Below, piece by piece: positions 50,440 to 63,189 of a stretch of DNA of 64,000 bases; the stretch's first letter is position 1; every line of letters begins with the position of its first letter. The translations under genes were made by a program, and so were the position numbers. The notes beneath the pieces are model-generated. The model was not told where the DNA came from and did no database searches. It saw nothing but the letters and a program-made list of their open reading frames with translations. This stretch comes from Octopus bimaculoides. Taxonomy: Eukaryota. The stretch covers positions 12,232,226-12,296,225 of the forward strand of contig NC_068981.1 in assembly GCF_001194135.2 (NCBI RefSeq), in the 5' to 3' direction.

Positions 50440-50930
50440 TTTTATCCAATTCTTTCATTGATTAACGTTATGATTATATTTGTTGTATAAAATGATATGT
50501 TGCTTGGTTTCAAATTGTATGTTGCCTCCTGTTGCCGCTGATGTAAACTGTAAGATTGAGAGAGGAGATGGAAGGGGGTAGACGTTCCATATACGTTGGA
50601 TGTAGAAGGTGAGGTTGCTGTGCTGACGAAGGCAGGGAAATAGAGCTGAGCGGAGGCCAAGCGTTGGTGAGGTGTGAAGTACTTGCAGGGAACCGCCCAA
50701 AAATGTAAACGTTGTCATAAAAGCATTGTTGGCCCTTTGAGAGTCGTACGGAAGTGAAATAGTAAAGTGTCCATGGTCCTCGGATGCCCGCTGAATGGGA
50801 GTTAGTGAGGAACAACAGCTGATGTTTGAGCAGGGTCTGATTTGTCATGAAGCTTTGTAACGCCGCGAGAATTAGCCTTTTCACAGCTGATGGTGGAGAG
50901 TGTAAAGTGCACTGCAATGAATATTAACCT
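50440..50930 (-). mobile_element. CR1/Jockey-like LINE 3' remnant
   Basis: HSAGIRGPW, HSNLTFYIQRIWNV-like motifs. Confidence 0.5.
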
Positions 50931-51013
50931 ACACCTACCTAGAAATTACTGACGAAAAGGCAAAAATTAAAACGAAATTTGAAAAAGTTATAAAATTAGG
51001 AAGCGAAGTAATC

Positions 51014-51630
51014 CTATAAAACCTCTTTGTACACAATGTTTTTCTGTTTTTCATTGTGGAACGAACGCGAAAGCATCACTCTTGCTGCCCACACGCGAGC
51101 AGCCAACGTAAAGCTGACCGTGAGAGAAACAAGGCTCCCCCAAATGTATTCCCGCGACAGACAGCGTTTACCCCTGTGCTTTGTTAATTGACATAGTGAA
51201 GCATGACCTGAAAGGGAACAGGGACCTACGAAATGTGAAATGTAGGTCTGCTCCTGATGCATCCTCAGTATGAGCACAACGTTGCCTCGACCGCATCTTG
51301 TGATTATTGTGGCCTCAATTAGATAGGGAGATAAGGACTTAACGATAAAACGTGTCCCATTTCATTGTTTCGGCGGAACCAAGTTTCGAATGAGCATTAT
51401 AGGGGCACCAACTCTAAGATTCCGAATATGTGGGGGTAATCCAGGGAGCTCAAAGGAATTTAGTACCTCAATTGTATAGTTGATGACGTCCTCGGGGTCA
51501 GGAGTTCTATCGACAGGCTTATATATATATATATATATAGCAATCCCCAGGAGCAATCCCCAGGAGCAATCCCCAGGAATGAGCTTTAGCATTTGATCAT
51601 TAATATGGTTAACAGTTTTATTCTTCGGGG
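51014..51630 (-). pseudogene. Helitron PIF1-helicase C-terminal remnant
   Basis: LAPKN, LNSFELPGLPPH..LRVGAPIMLIRNL, MSINKAQG, CFSHGQLYVGCSRVG, NIVYKEVL*. Confidence 0.9.
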
Positions 51631-51832
51631 CCAGNNNNNNNNNNNNNNNNNNNNNNNNNNNNNNNNNNNNNNNNNNNNNNNNNNNNNNNNNNNNNNNNNN
51701 NNNNNNNNNNNNNNNNNNNNNNNNNNNNNNNNNNATCACTTTTGAAATCCGTGTTGCTTATTATTTGATATATATATATATATGCGCCATGCAGTAAGAC
51801 TGAACATGGAACCATGTGGTGCCATGCCTGTG

Positions 51833-51866
<34 letters not shown>

Positions 51867-51904
51867 AGCATACATACGCTCACATACACACACACATATC
51901 TATA

Positions 51905-51936
<32 letters not shown>

Positions 51937-53490
51937 AATAATATAAAAATACTTATGAAAAATTTTATAAAAATTCCTCCCCATAATTTTATGCTATGAA
52001 TTAACCGGTCCATAGGATTAAGAAAAGAAACATAGACGTTTTAATCTAAGGTATATTTATTTTGTTTTACGAATTAGAATAAATATCCAAATCTAAAAGA
52101 GATATCACTGGAAGGAATTTTACCAAAGAAAACCCCCCAAAAAACATAATGGCAATATAGAAAACCAAAAACAAAAACAAAACCCAATTAAAGAAGAACC
52201 TACTTAAATATTCAATTGACAGAGTGAAACAGTGATGATTACACTCTGATTAACAGTGTTAATCACAAAGAAAACACATTTAACACCTATAATAAACTTC
52301 CTTCAAAACATTTTAAACACTTATATTCCTTTGAACAACGAAAACCATCTTTCAGATTTAGAATTTTACAGCTTTCTTCTGGAAAATAAAATCAAAAATA
52401 ATTCCCCTGAACAAAGAAAACAGAATCATTTAAATCAATAAATTTAGTACCCATGGAATTGATCTCGCTAACAATAACTTTTCTTAAATAGAAGAAATAT
52501 TTCGTGATAAATTCGGAGAAACCGAAAGAGCAACCTTAATGGATCTCGGATTCAAAATCTCATAGAATCTACATGTTTTATTGAAATGTTTCAAAGAAAA
52601 TTTATAAAAAACCCAACTAAGTTACTTTTTACTTGAGTAGCATAGGGAACAATTTACTATCAATTAGTTGTTCTTGTCCAAATCTAAATTAGAATGACCT
52701 TAATTATTAACCTTATAGACCAACTTAGGATTATAAACTTTTAGCACGTAATTATATTTATATTTATGATCATCAGTAACTGGAATGAAAGGATTATTCT
52801 CTTTGTTTGTAGATTTTTAGTTCATTAACTTTTTATGGAGTTTAGATTGTAATGCCAACGGTCGTTATCAAATATTTATAATGTGAAAAGTTATTTTAAT
52901 CAACGCTGGAGCTTAATTTATATATATATATATNNNNNNNNNNNNNNNNNNNNNNNNNNNNNNNNNNNNNNNNNNNNNNNNNNNNNNNNNNNNNNNNNNN
53001 NNNNNNNNNNNNNNNNNNNNNNNNNNNNNNNNNNNNNNNNNNNNNNNNNNNNNNNNNNNNNNNNNNNNNNNNNNNNTATATTTCTAGTTTTGAAACGTCT
53101 TGCATTCGAGTAATTTCCTTCTATCGTAATTTAATTGTCTCTTCCTGTCTAAGCTATTAAAGGTCTTTATATTATTTTTTGTTGGTCGAACCTATTCATT
53201 CCAATAATGAATTCCTGAAGAGAAGCCTAATTTATATTTCAAAAGGATTATTGTATACGTTTTGTTTTTGGAATTAATTAGGCTTGGAAGCAATTTATAG
53301 AATCTTGTTTGGATTAACACCAACTTTGGATTAAAAGATCGTCTACACCAATATTTTGCTTTACTTATACTAAATGTATTGATTATAACAATACTGAATA
53401 TATAGTTTTTATATATTCTTTGCTTGGATAGAACCGGCGAACTTGGATATTTAACATCCCTTTGAAGGATTTTGGTCCTTACTTCTTTTA

Positions 53491-54774
53491 TATAGGATGT
53501 GTTCAAAAGTAGCCAGGTAATTTCTCTTTGGCACAAGCCCGTTGTATTTCAAGCTTTCACCGCTAGAATTCACTTGTTGCAACCCCCAGGCATCAGTCTA
53601 CCGATCGGCGTCATCTTCTCTAGTCTTACATCTACGGGGTGTTCCTTTCTTTTGCAGTGCTTCTCCCTTCTTCGTCGATTTTTGCGATGTGGGAAAGGAA
53701 GAAACAGCGTGCTTCCGTGAACCCCTGTATTCTGCTGGGAAAAACGGCGGCTAAAACAGTTGTCATGCTTCATAAAATTTACAACGATGCTACCATAAGC
53801 AAAACACAAGTTTACGATTCGTTTTCACTCTTTAGGAATGTCATAGGACGCTTGCTTAGCAATCTCGTTCAGAGTCACCGTCGACGAACCGGACAAATAA
53901 AAATATCACGAAAATTAATGAATTGATATCAGAAGACCGTCACCGAACAATTAACGAACGTTTTGTTATGACTGTTGTGTCCTGGAGATCTTGCGAACGA
54001 ATATTGAAGAAGTGCGAATGGAAAGCATTGCCGCAAAATTTTCCGATCGCTTACGGAAGATGCAAAAACAGTCACGACTGAATTTGTGTCGTGAACTGAA
54101 GGAACTGCTGGAAGATGATCCGAACCTTTTTTCGAAGGTCTTGATTGGTGCTCTAAGCTGGTACTAGTACTACTGCTACAAACCGGAAACGAAGCAGCAA
54201 TCGAGTCAAATTTGTATCTAGTGAAGTCCAATTCTAAGACGATACCGAATTGTTTCATGGATGCGAAAGGAATTGTCCACACAGAGTTTGTTTCTCCTGG
54301 TCAAATTGTTAACCAGTTATTCTATTTGGGAATTCTGAAATGTTTGGAACACAAGCTGAGACGAAAACACCCCGACCTGTGGCAATGTGGAAAGTGTTGG
54401 TTTCATCCTCACAATGCGTATCTACACACTGCCTTGAGTGCGATACAGATTTTGACCAAAACGGGCATGACCCTACTTACCCACCCTCGTTATTTCCCCG
54501 TTCTTGCTCCGTTGAGATTTTTTGTTACCCCGAATGAAATGTCTGCAAAGGAAAACGCTTCGCAGATGCGGAAGAGATGAAGAAAAACACCGGGAGACAT
54601 TAAAGGGCATCATTATATAAGTGTACCACGACTGCTTCCAAAAGTGGAAAACGCGTCTGGACCGATGCATTGCTTCAGATGGAGAATAGTCTGAAGGTGC
54701 TAAAAGTATAAACATGTAAACCTAAGTGAATAGAATAGTATTGAATGATTCTGTGTTCATTTCGTTAACCCGTC

Positions 54775-54777
<3 letters not shown>
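53491..54777 (+). mobile_element. Full-length (about 1.29 kb) decayed mariner DD34D transposon
   Basis: QRASV..LLGKTAA, KVLIGA (ITGDE position), GQIVNQLFYL, HPHNA, HPRYFPVLAP, FQKWKTRLDRCIASDGE; TA-flanked TIR remnants. Confidence 0.9.
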
Positions 54778-54826
<49 letters not shown>

Positions 54827-54851
54827 NNNNNNNNNNCACACATATATATAC

Positions 54852-54882
<31 letters not shown>

Positions 54883-54944
54883 CATAAAATTATAAACACA
54901 CAAACAAACATACACACACACATATATATATGCTAATTGCAACT

Positions 54945-55650
54945 TCTTCACCGAAGAAGGCCGTCTCTTCAATCAACAAATACTGTCATGAGATCTGACA
55001 GTATGACTAGACAGACCTGCTCTTGACAAACAAGCTCTACTGCAGAGATTACAAAGATTTTTACGCAGAAAAGTGCCTGGGATTGTAATGAAATCCTGTC
55101 TACGATGTGCTCGTTTCCAAAGATATTGCTCAATTCTTCGAGCTTCAATTGTTTTACCACTATTGTAGATCATTTATTTCCAAACCGATATATCTTGCAT
55201 CATCTGCGCCAAGTCTTCAGCTTTCAAGTTATATTGGTTATTTTCTCTATAGCTTGTATTGCTTTTGGATTAACATCAGCCTAAAGAAAACAAAGATCAT
55301 ATTTTCTCAGCATTCAGGCCTACCCTATGTGGAACCAAACATCTCTGCCTAGGATACAAGATTAGATGTGGTTGACTCATTCATCTACCATGGCAGTATT
55401 CTCTCTAGAGATAGATCCCTTGATTTGAAAAAGCCAGCAATGAATTTGGAAGGCTTGAAAATCATGTGTGGTCTGAAAGAGGTATCACCTTCCAAACTAA
55501 GATTAGTATCTATGAATCTTGCATTTTAACGGTCCTCCTGTATGCTTCTGAGACCTGGAGGACTTATCGGTGCCACATGAAGGCTTTAGAAAGAATCCAT
55601 CAGACTGGCCTAAGGAGAATACATAAAATCAAATCGAAGTCTTTAACGCC
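54945..55650. mobile_element. RTE LINE with inverted 5' segment
   Basis: Minus 55240-54945: C-terminus with CNLCSRACLSRAGLSSH finger. Plus 55241-55650: FGLTISLKKTK, TKISIYESCILTVLLYASETW. Confidence 0.85.
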
Positions 55651-56280
55651 ATACACCATTGTTATACACACACACACACGTGTATATGTGTGTCTGTGTG
55701 TCTGCATCCGCGCGCGTGTGTGCTTATGTGTGTGTGTGTGAGTGTGTTAAATAAGAACTTTCAGAAATTCAGAGAATATGTATAGATACAATCACATCTT
55801 GAATTGTAGAATTCTCCCCCAAATACCGACAATTGTTTCTGTAGTATTAACATATTTAAGTATAAAAAATATCATTGAAATTTATATTTCCGAAAATAAT
55901 TGTCAACACAATATTTTCAGAGTGATCCAAATTTAGTTAAGTGCAAAGTGAACCAGTACACGAACACATTCAAAATGAACGATAAGAAGAAATTTAATCT
56001 AGCAAAAGCTAGTTTTGTTATCAACTGTTGGTGATGTGAGTGGGTAAGGAAAGAAGGAAAAATAAACAAGAATTCTAAGTTACGACATTTAGGAAAATAG
56101 AGATTTTACGTCACAGCAATTATTTACTTATTTATGAAAGCAGTAAATTTAGAAAATATATGCATATTACATATCATACGTAAAGCAATTATTATAAAGC
56201 ATTGAAATATTTAAATGCCCTTCGAAATTTCTGGCAGCATTACATTGTAAAAATCCCATAAAAATAAAGAATAAATTCTG

Positions 56281-56670
56281 ACTTACATTTGAAAAAGAAG
56301 CTCAGATATTGGCACAGTGGATCTCAAATTCCTGGTGAAGTTCATTTTACTACATTTTGCTACGTTTATTTATTGAGGCTGTTTAATTTTTCACTGATAA
56401 AGATAAATGAACAAGTGCATTATATATAATAACGAAATCAAAAAATAGTCTTTATATACTGATGTAATTGTGATCGGAACGATGCAAGTTGAATAATATT
56501 CATAGAAAGATTAATGTGCGGCAAAACTTGTAAAATGCTCTCTGTCTATGTTTAATATGTGTGTAACTGAAGAGATCATTTTCTTCAAAACCCAAAATAC
56601 TGTCTGAGATATTCGCTATAATACATCATATTATAAATATAACCAGCTGTTTCGCAGTTCAGAATATTAC
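56281..56670 (-). promoter_or_regulatory. Candidate 5' non-coding exon, donor site and promoter block of paralogue 2
   Basis: Donor tttttcaaat|gtaagt at 56286; homologous to 22344-22710. Confidence 0.6.
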
Positions 56671-56881
56671 ATGCTCCAATAAAATTTGCGTTCGATGTAA
56701 ATTTTCCCATATGTTTCCACAATAAAAGGACATTACAAAAGAAAAAAAAAGAAAACCTGTTACTATACGTTTAACTGCTTTAACAGAACAATGAATATGT
56801 GATCATTGTGTACGTGGTATGAAATTTCACACGAGGTAGGCGTTTACAATTTCTAAGCAAATAAATATTATTCATCCTCCA

Positions 56882-57205
56882 CGTGGTTGTGTGGTAAGAA
56901 GCATACTTCTAAAACGCATGATTGCGGGTTCAGTCGCATGGCGTGGCACGTTTGGCAAGCGTTTTCTACAATAGCCTCGGACCGACAAAAGCCTTGTCAG
57001 TGGGATTGATAGACGGAAACTGAAAGAAGTTCACCATATATATGTCTGTGTGTGTGTGTGTGTGTTTGTCCCTCCCCTGCGTCATCGCTTGACAGCCGAT
57101 AGAATATATACTAAGCTTACAAAGAATAAACCCTGTGGTCAGTTTGTTCGACTAAAGGTAATGCTTTAGCATGGCTGCAGTCAAGTGACTGTAATAAGTA
57201 AAATA
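56882..57205 (+). mobile_element. tRNA-derived cephalopod SINE, second family
   Basis: gtggttgtgtggtaagaagc (A-box-like), gggttcagtc (B-box-like), internal gacggaaactgaaagaag and CA tract. Confidence 0.8.
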
Positions 57206-57539
57206 ATAGAAATAATATTAAGCTGAGTGTATATTTAGTTTTAGTGCTATGAATTTAGTTTTAGTTTTTAATGATGTTTACCATGAATTTTTCAAGTGTC
57301 AATGCAACACAATTTATTTTAATTAATTTATACAGATAATAGAATTGACTTATCCTTATTCACGAAATAGGCTTTGATTTCAAAATAGTGAACAGAAATA
57401 ATGATTCCACTCGCGCAGTTAACTTGAGCATGCCACAATACTGCTATTGTTTATTGTATGTCAGTATTGGTGTTGTTGATACCAGTTACAGCCATGAACG
57501 TAAGACAGAACCCTCATGTGACGAAAGGTACTACACATC

Positions 57540-57660
57540 GTTTTCTATTCTAAGCCCAAGGCCCGAGGGAGGGGGCCAGTGGATTAGATCGAACCCAGTA
57601 CGCAACTGGTACCTAATATATCGACTCCGAGAGGATGAAAGGCAAAGTCAACTTCGAAAG
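57540..57660 (-). mobile_element. 5'-truncated SINE, same family as 19072-19286
   Basis: gattagatcgaacccagtac...gatgaaaggcaaagtcaac matches 19120-19195. Confidence 0.8.
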
Positions 57661-58925
57661 ATGCTTCAGATGGTTTCATTACATTATTACTTAATTATCA
57701 GTTAAGTGGTGCTTCCAATGTATATATAGCCAGAAAGCTTAAGTTAATAGGGTGAGATTCTTGGATATAATCCTTGCTCGAAACATGGTAGCATAGTACA
57801 CAATGGTTGTTTACACCTGCTCTTTTGATTCCTTCGGTGATGTAACTAAACACAAATCACGTGTTTTATGGAAAGTTGGAAGACGGGTTCAAGCGTATGT
57901 TTCATTCTGTGTGTGTGTATATATATGTATANNNNNNNNNNNNNNNNNNNNNNNNNNNNNNNNNNNNNNNNNNNNNNNNNNNNNNNNNNNNNNNNNNNNN
58001 NNNNNNNNNNNNNNNNNNNNNNNNNNNNNNNNNNNNNNNNNNNNNNNNNNNNNNNNNNNNNNNNNNNNNNNNNNNNNNNNNNNNNNNNNNNNNNNNNNNN
58101 NNNNNNNNNNNNNNNNNNNNNNNNNNNNNNNNNNNNNNNNNNNNNNNNNNNNNNNNNNNNNNNNNNNNNNNNNNNNNNNNNNNNNNNNNNNNNNNNNNNN
58201 NNNNNNNNNNNNNNNNNNNNNNNNNNNNNNNNNNNNNNNNNNNNNNNNNNNNNNNNNNNNNNNNNNNNNNNNNNNNNNNNNNNNNNNNNNNNNNNNNNNN
58301 NNNNNNNNNNNNNNNNNNNNNNNNNNNNNNNNNNNNNNNNNNNNNNNNNNNNNNNNNNNNNNNNNNNNNNNNNNNNNNNNNNNNNNNNNNNNNNNNNNNN
58401 NNNNNNNNNNNNNNNNNNNNNNNNNNNNNNNNNNNNNNNNNNNNNNNNNNNNNNNNNNNNNNNNNNNNNNNNNNNNNNNNNNNNNNNNNNNNNNNNNNNN
58501 NNNNNNNNNNNNNNNNNNNNNNNNNNNNNNNNNNNNNNNNNNNNNNNNNNNNNNNNNNNNNNNNNNNNNNNNNNNNNNNNNNNNNNNNNNNNNNNNNNNN
58601 NNNNNNNNNNNNNNNNNNNNNNNNNNNNNNNNNNNNNNNNNNNNNNNNNNNNNNNNNNNNNNNNNNNNNNNNNNNNNNNNNNNNNNNNNNNNNNNNNNNN
58701 NNNNNNNNNNNNNNNNNNNNNNNNNNNNNNNNNNNNNNNNNNNNNNNNNNNNNNNNNNNNNNNNNNNNNNNNNNNNNNNNNNNNNNNNNNNNNNNNNNNN
58801 NNNNNNNNNNNNNNNNNNNNNNNNNNNNNNNNNNNNNNNNNNNNNNNNNNNNNNNNNNNNNNNNNNNNNNNNNNNNNNNNNNNNNNNNNNNNNNNNNNNN
58901 NNNNNNNNNNNNNNNNNNNNNNNNN

Positions 58926-61900
58926 CCTTGTTTTCCCTTGTGGAGCATATACAAATAGGTTTTTGTTTTGCTGCCCACTCTTGAGCAGCCAACATACAGT
59001 TGTCCATGTGAGAAGCAGGGCTCTTCCAAGAGAAGACCAGCTACAGACAGTGTTTGACCTGATATTTGTTTATGGACATGGCAAAAGTCACACGAAGGGG
59101 GAATTGTAGTCTTCTGAATGTAAAAGGAATGTCTGCTCCTGATGGAGTAACAACAATTCTTGGAATAAAGACGTCATCCCCTTTTGCACATCCAGAAAGA
59201 ATGGTAGCCTCGATAACGTGTGATATCATTTTCTTTATCACGAGTCGTGTTCCATTGCAAAGTCTTGGTGGTTCCAGATTGCGGAACAGCATAACAGGCG
59301 TTCCTACTTTAAGTGATAATATGTGGGGAGGTAGTCCAGGAGGCTCCAACGAATTGAGAAATTCAGGAGGATAGTTCACCACTTTGTATCTGGAACTGTA
59401 TCAACAGACTTATAAGTTTGAAGATTGCCGGGGAGAGAATGCATCAGCTGTTGATTAATTTTTGTAACAGCTACGTTTTTTGGAGCTAATATTGCTCTTT
59501 CACACAGCCAATTGTGATTTTGGTAGTTTTGTTTAAAGTTGGGAAAGACTTTGTGTTTGAGGTCATCTACAGTATTAACAACAGAACAAAATGGCCATAC
59601 TTCTGTTTCTTCTGCAGCATCGAGAGGCACCAATTGTCAAAATGTCCTGTGCGAATTTTTTGGACATTTGGTCGCCGTGTAGCTGAGCTCTCATGTTAGT
59701 GTTTAGACTGAAGATAGTAACATGGTGCCACATGATAGAGGACTTTAGGCATGCTTGGACCTCATCTGCTCTAGTGCCTTTTGGAATGACAGGAAGAGTT
59801 TTCCTGAAATCACCTGACAACAGAAGCGTAACACCTCCCATTGGAGCGTGACAGTCTCGGATGTCTTTCAGGGCTCTATCTAATGCTTCCAAAGCTCTCT
59901 TGTGAGCCATGGTGCATTCATCCCAGACAATTAGATGACACCTTTTAAGTACCTGCCCCTGATCTGAGCTTTTGTTGATGTTACATGAAGGTATCTCGGA
60001 TGCTGCTAAATTTAGAGGGAGTTTAAAAGTCGAGTGTGCTGTCCTGCCACCGGGTAACAAAGTAGCTGCAATCCCAGAGGAAGCCACAGCTACTGCAATG
60101 TCCTGATGCTGCCTAACTTCTGCAAGAAGAAGCTTTGTTATAAATGCTTTTCCTGTCCCTGCAGGAACATCGAGGAAGAAGATTCGTCCATCACGTTGGC
60201 GTACACTGTTAATAATAGTTGTGTAGGCCTGCAGCTGGTCCAGAAGTAATTTATGCTCGTTTTCAGCAATGTAGTTTGAAAGCGCTTGAATGTCGTATGA
60301 GGTTTCACGAATGACAGCAGTAGGAAGGCTATTTGACCCTGACCTGAATGTCTGTGGCAGGCCATATGTGGACAATTCATTACCACCCAGTGTGGTAGTT
60401 CTGTCTTCAATGTCAATGAGAGTTTTGTTGTTGACTTCATTGCTGATACCCTCCATGTCAGAATAGAGCCGTTGAGCTTGCCGCTGAAAGTCTTCAGCCA
60501 GGTTGTCCCTGTACTTGAGCCATAGAGTTGCAGGATCACACAATTCGCATGTCTGTAGTAATACTGCAAACAGTGCCCTGAAACTTTTAGGTGATTCTGA
60601 TAAAGCAGCCTCTCCCAAAGTTGCATCCCATTGTGCACCATCTTCCAACAGTCCTTGTCGATAGCACGCTTCTCTGTATGTTGTGCAGACATGTCCATGA
60701 ACGGTTTTTAGGGTCTGGAAAGACGTTGCCCCTCTGACCTCATGCAGCAGTAGGCGGAGGTAGAAACACTCTTGTTGAGTGGGATGCACTGTGTATACTC
60801 GTCCAAGGCAAGTATCAAACTTAATGCCAGGGTATCCACGAACATTTTGACCTGCTTTCCTTGGTCTCTATTTTTATCCATTCCAAGTGTAGTATGATGG
60901 AATCTGTGGATACAGTAAGGTTTGAGCGAATGGATCCAGTTGACAGAGCTTGAAGAATGCAGTGGGTGTGCTATCCTTTGGTTGCTCTGCCAACAGAGAA
61001 GCATTAGCATCGGTGAAGTAGACTCTTTGACCGTTTTCCAGGTGCACTGCAAGCTGTTGAATGGCGGGGTGACGTTGGTGAAGCGGAAAGCCAAAGATGC
61101 GCCAGAAAGCCTCGTTGCTACTTATGTAGCGTCCCACCTGATAGTGCGTCACCTCATCCTGGCAGTATTGTTGTTGAAGTCCAAACATTGGAGCGTCAGA
61201 ACATTTGTTGATATACTTGCAGACATACTTGATGGACTTGACGGAGTTGCAAAACTCAACGTTGATGTGGGCATTGAAAATCTTTGACAGGAGTGGGCAG
61301 TAGGGAACAATCCATCTTTTATCAACCTCATGCTGTCCTATATTTGCTGTGAAACCGCCGTTTTGTGGCATTCTCCGTCTGTATGATGGATACCCATCAG
61401 CACCTGTCTGAGTTTGTTGTAGGAACTTCCTTGGAAACGTTTTTGAACATACGCCATCTTTCAAACATGGTTGAATCCATGCCCATATGGACCATGCACC
61501 ATGTTTGCTTTAACTATGTCGTATAGTACCTTGTCTAAAGCTGGATCAGGAAGTTCTGCAGAGATTATCTTGTCGATGTCAGTTGATTTGATCTTCGTTG
61601 AGAGCCAAAGCAGGATATGAGCATGTGGAAGGCCCATTTTTTGCCATTCGATTGTGTACATGTCACATTGTATGGGTCCGAAGATTTGCCCTTTTTTGAT
61701 GAGGTCCATGAGAATAATTAATTTCAGATGGAAAGCTCGAGCGAGGATGTCATGCCTGTCTTTAGGCTTTTGACCGAAGAAGAGTTCGGCCTGAATCTCC
61801 TTCCACTTATGATTATATGTGAAAGTGATGAATAAGTCAGGCCTGCCGTAATGGCGTACAAAGGTCATTGCATCCTGTGTTCTTTCATGCATATATCGCG

Positions 61901-63074
61901 GACTTCCAGTGAATGTGGAAGGCAAGATGCAAAGTCTTCCTATGCTTGTTGGAGCAGCATCGTTGTTGATGGCATCTCGGAGATGGATGTAGCTGTCAGA
62001 GCGCAATTTTTGTTGATGTGATCTGATGAAACACAATCTCTCTGATTCCATTTTTGCGCACATATCAACTGCAAATTGATGAAACAGATCTTGAGACTGG
62101 TGGAGGTGATTACAGGAGTTGTTTCGTGTCATACATTGGTATGAGTAGAAGTCCATGCAGGATACTTGCTTGTTCAGATATTCATGACGATTTTGTGGAT
62201 GTTGCTGTGGTATACCGATGTGGTAGCCATCTTCACCATAAACAAACAGAAGTGGATACTGAAGTGTGTCGTATGATCGGTGTGTTTCTGTAATTCGTTG
62301 GAGGGTGGTGTCACGTCGCCAAAGGACAATGTCTCTGGGATTGTGCTGTTGACCGTGAAGGAGTACAGCTATTTCATTGCATGTGGGTGCATTGTAACAG
62401 CCTGCATGTTCTGTAGATGGTCTCTTCTGAGCATCTATGACAACATTGAAATTAGAACAAGTATCGGTTTCCAAGGCATACTTGAAGCTGCGTACGTAGC
62501 TGTTTGTCTGGTGCAGCAGGTCTTGCAGTTGCATTATCAATTGAAATTTAGTGCCATTGGAAATGGAGTTTCGTCGGGTGGCTTGCTCATGTAAATTACC
62601 TAGAAAGTACAGTTGAAGGAATTGAGGATCTTTATTTTCAGCAGGTTCGAGCGATCCTATCCTATGGTAAACCTGTCCCTGAACTTTGAAAGTTGGCATA
62701 AACTCACCTTCTTGAACAACATTAGCGCTGAAAGATGTCATTTGGAATGCACAATTGTACTTGCGGATGTTATTTAGGAAATGTTTCGACTCCGTATTTG
62801 TGCCGTCGTAGAGTGACCTTAACAGCTGTGGTGGATCCTGCAAGGGAGTGGGGTTAACTTTTCCGTTAGTGCAACACATAGCAGGAGTTTCTCTGGACCA
62901 CTTATTAGCATTGCAGAAAGAGCAAGTGATGGACATATCTCCAATGTTTATATCTGGGTGGCCATCATATTGAATGTTAGGGTTGTAGCTGAAAGTCTTT
63001 AATAAACATCGTGAGTTGCATGGCGTTGAAAATCCTCGTCTATGAGCTCTTTGTTGAATGGAACTCTGCAGCAT
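58926..63074 (-). pseudogene. Helitron Rep/helicase, near complete, about 5 frame breaks
   Basis: Zn finger CSFC..MCC; Rep motifs GRPDLFITFT, EWQKMGLPHAH (HUH), YPSYRRR; PIF1 motifs GTGK, VASSGIAA..GGRTAHS, DECTM, GDFRK, TNMRA, ILAPKN, LCNGTRL, QFPL..AMSINK, SHGQLYVGCSRVG; runs into the gap at 58925. Confidence 0.95.
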
Positions 63075-63189
63075 ACTAAGTAAGGCATGTGTAAAATTTG
63101 AATGAAATTGGTTGTGTAGTTCTCAGGTTTTAGGGATTCACACAGACAGACAGACATACACACACACACACACACGCACAGAGATTCTC

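Noticed and set aside
51540-51580. 13-bp triplication (gcaatccccagga) beside a TA run inside the helicase remnant
   Set aside because: No spacers, so not CRISPR-like; likely slippage or a gap-edge assembly artefact
59041-60789. Host PIF1 helicase gene
   Set aside because: Continuous with HUH Rep motifs and frameshifted, so a Helitron
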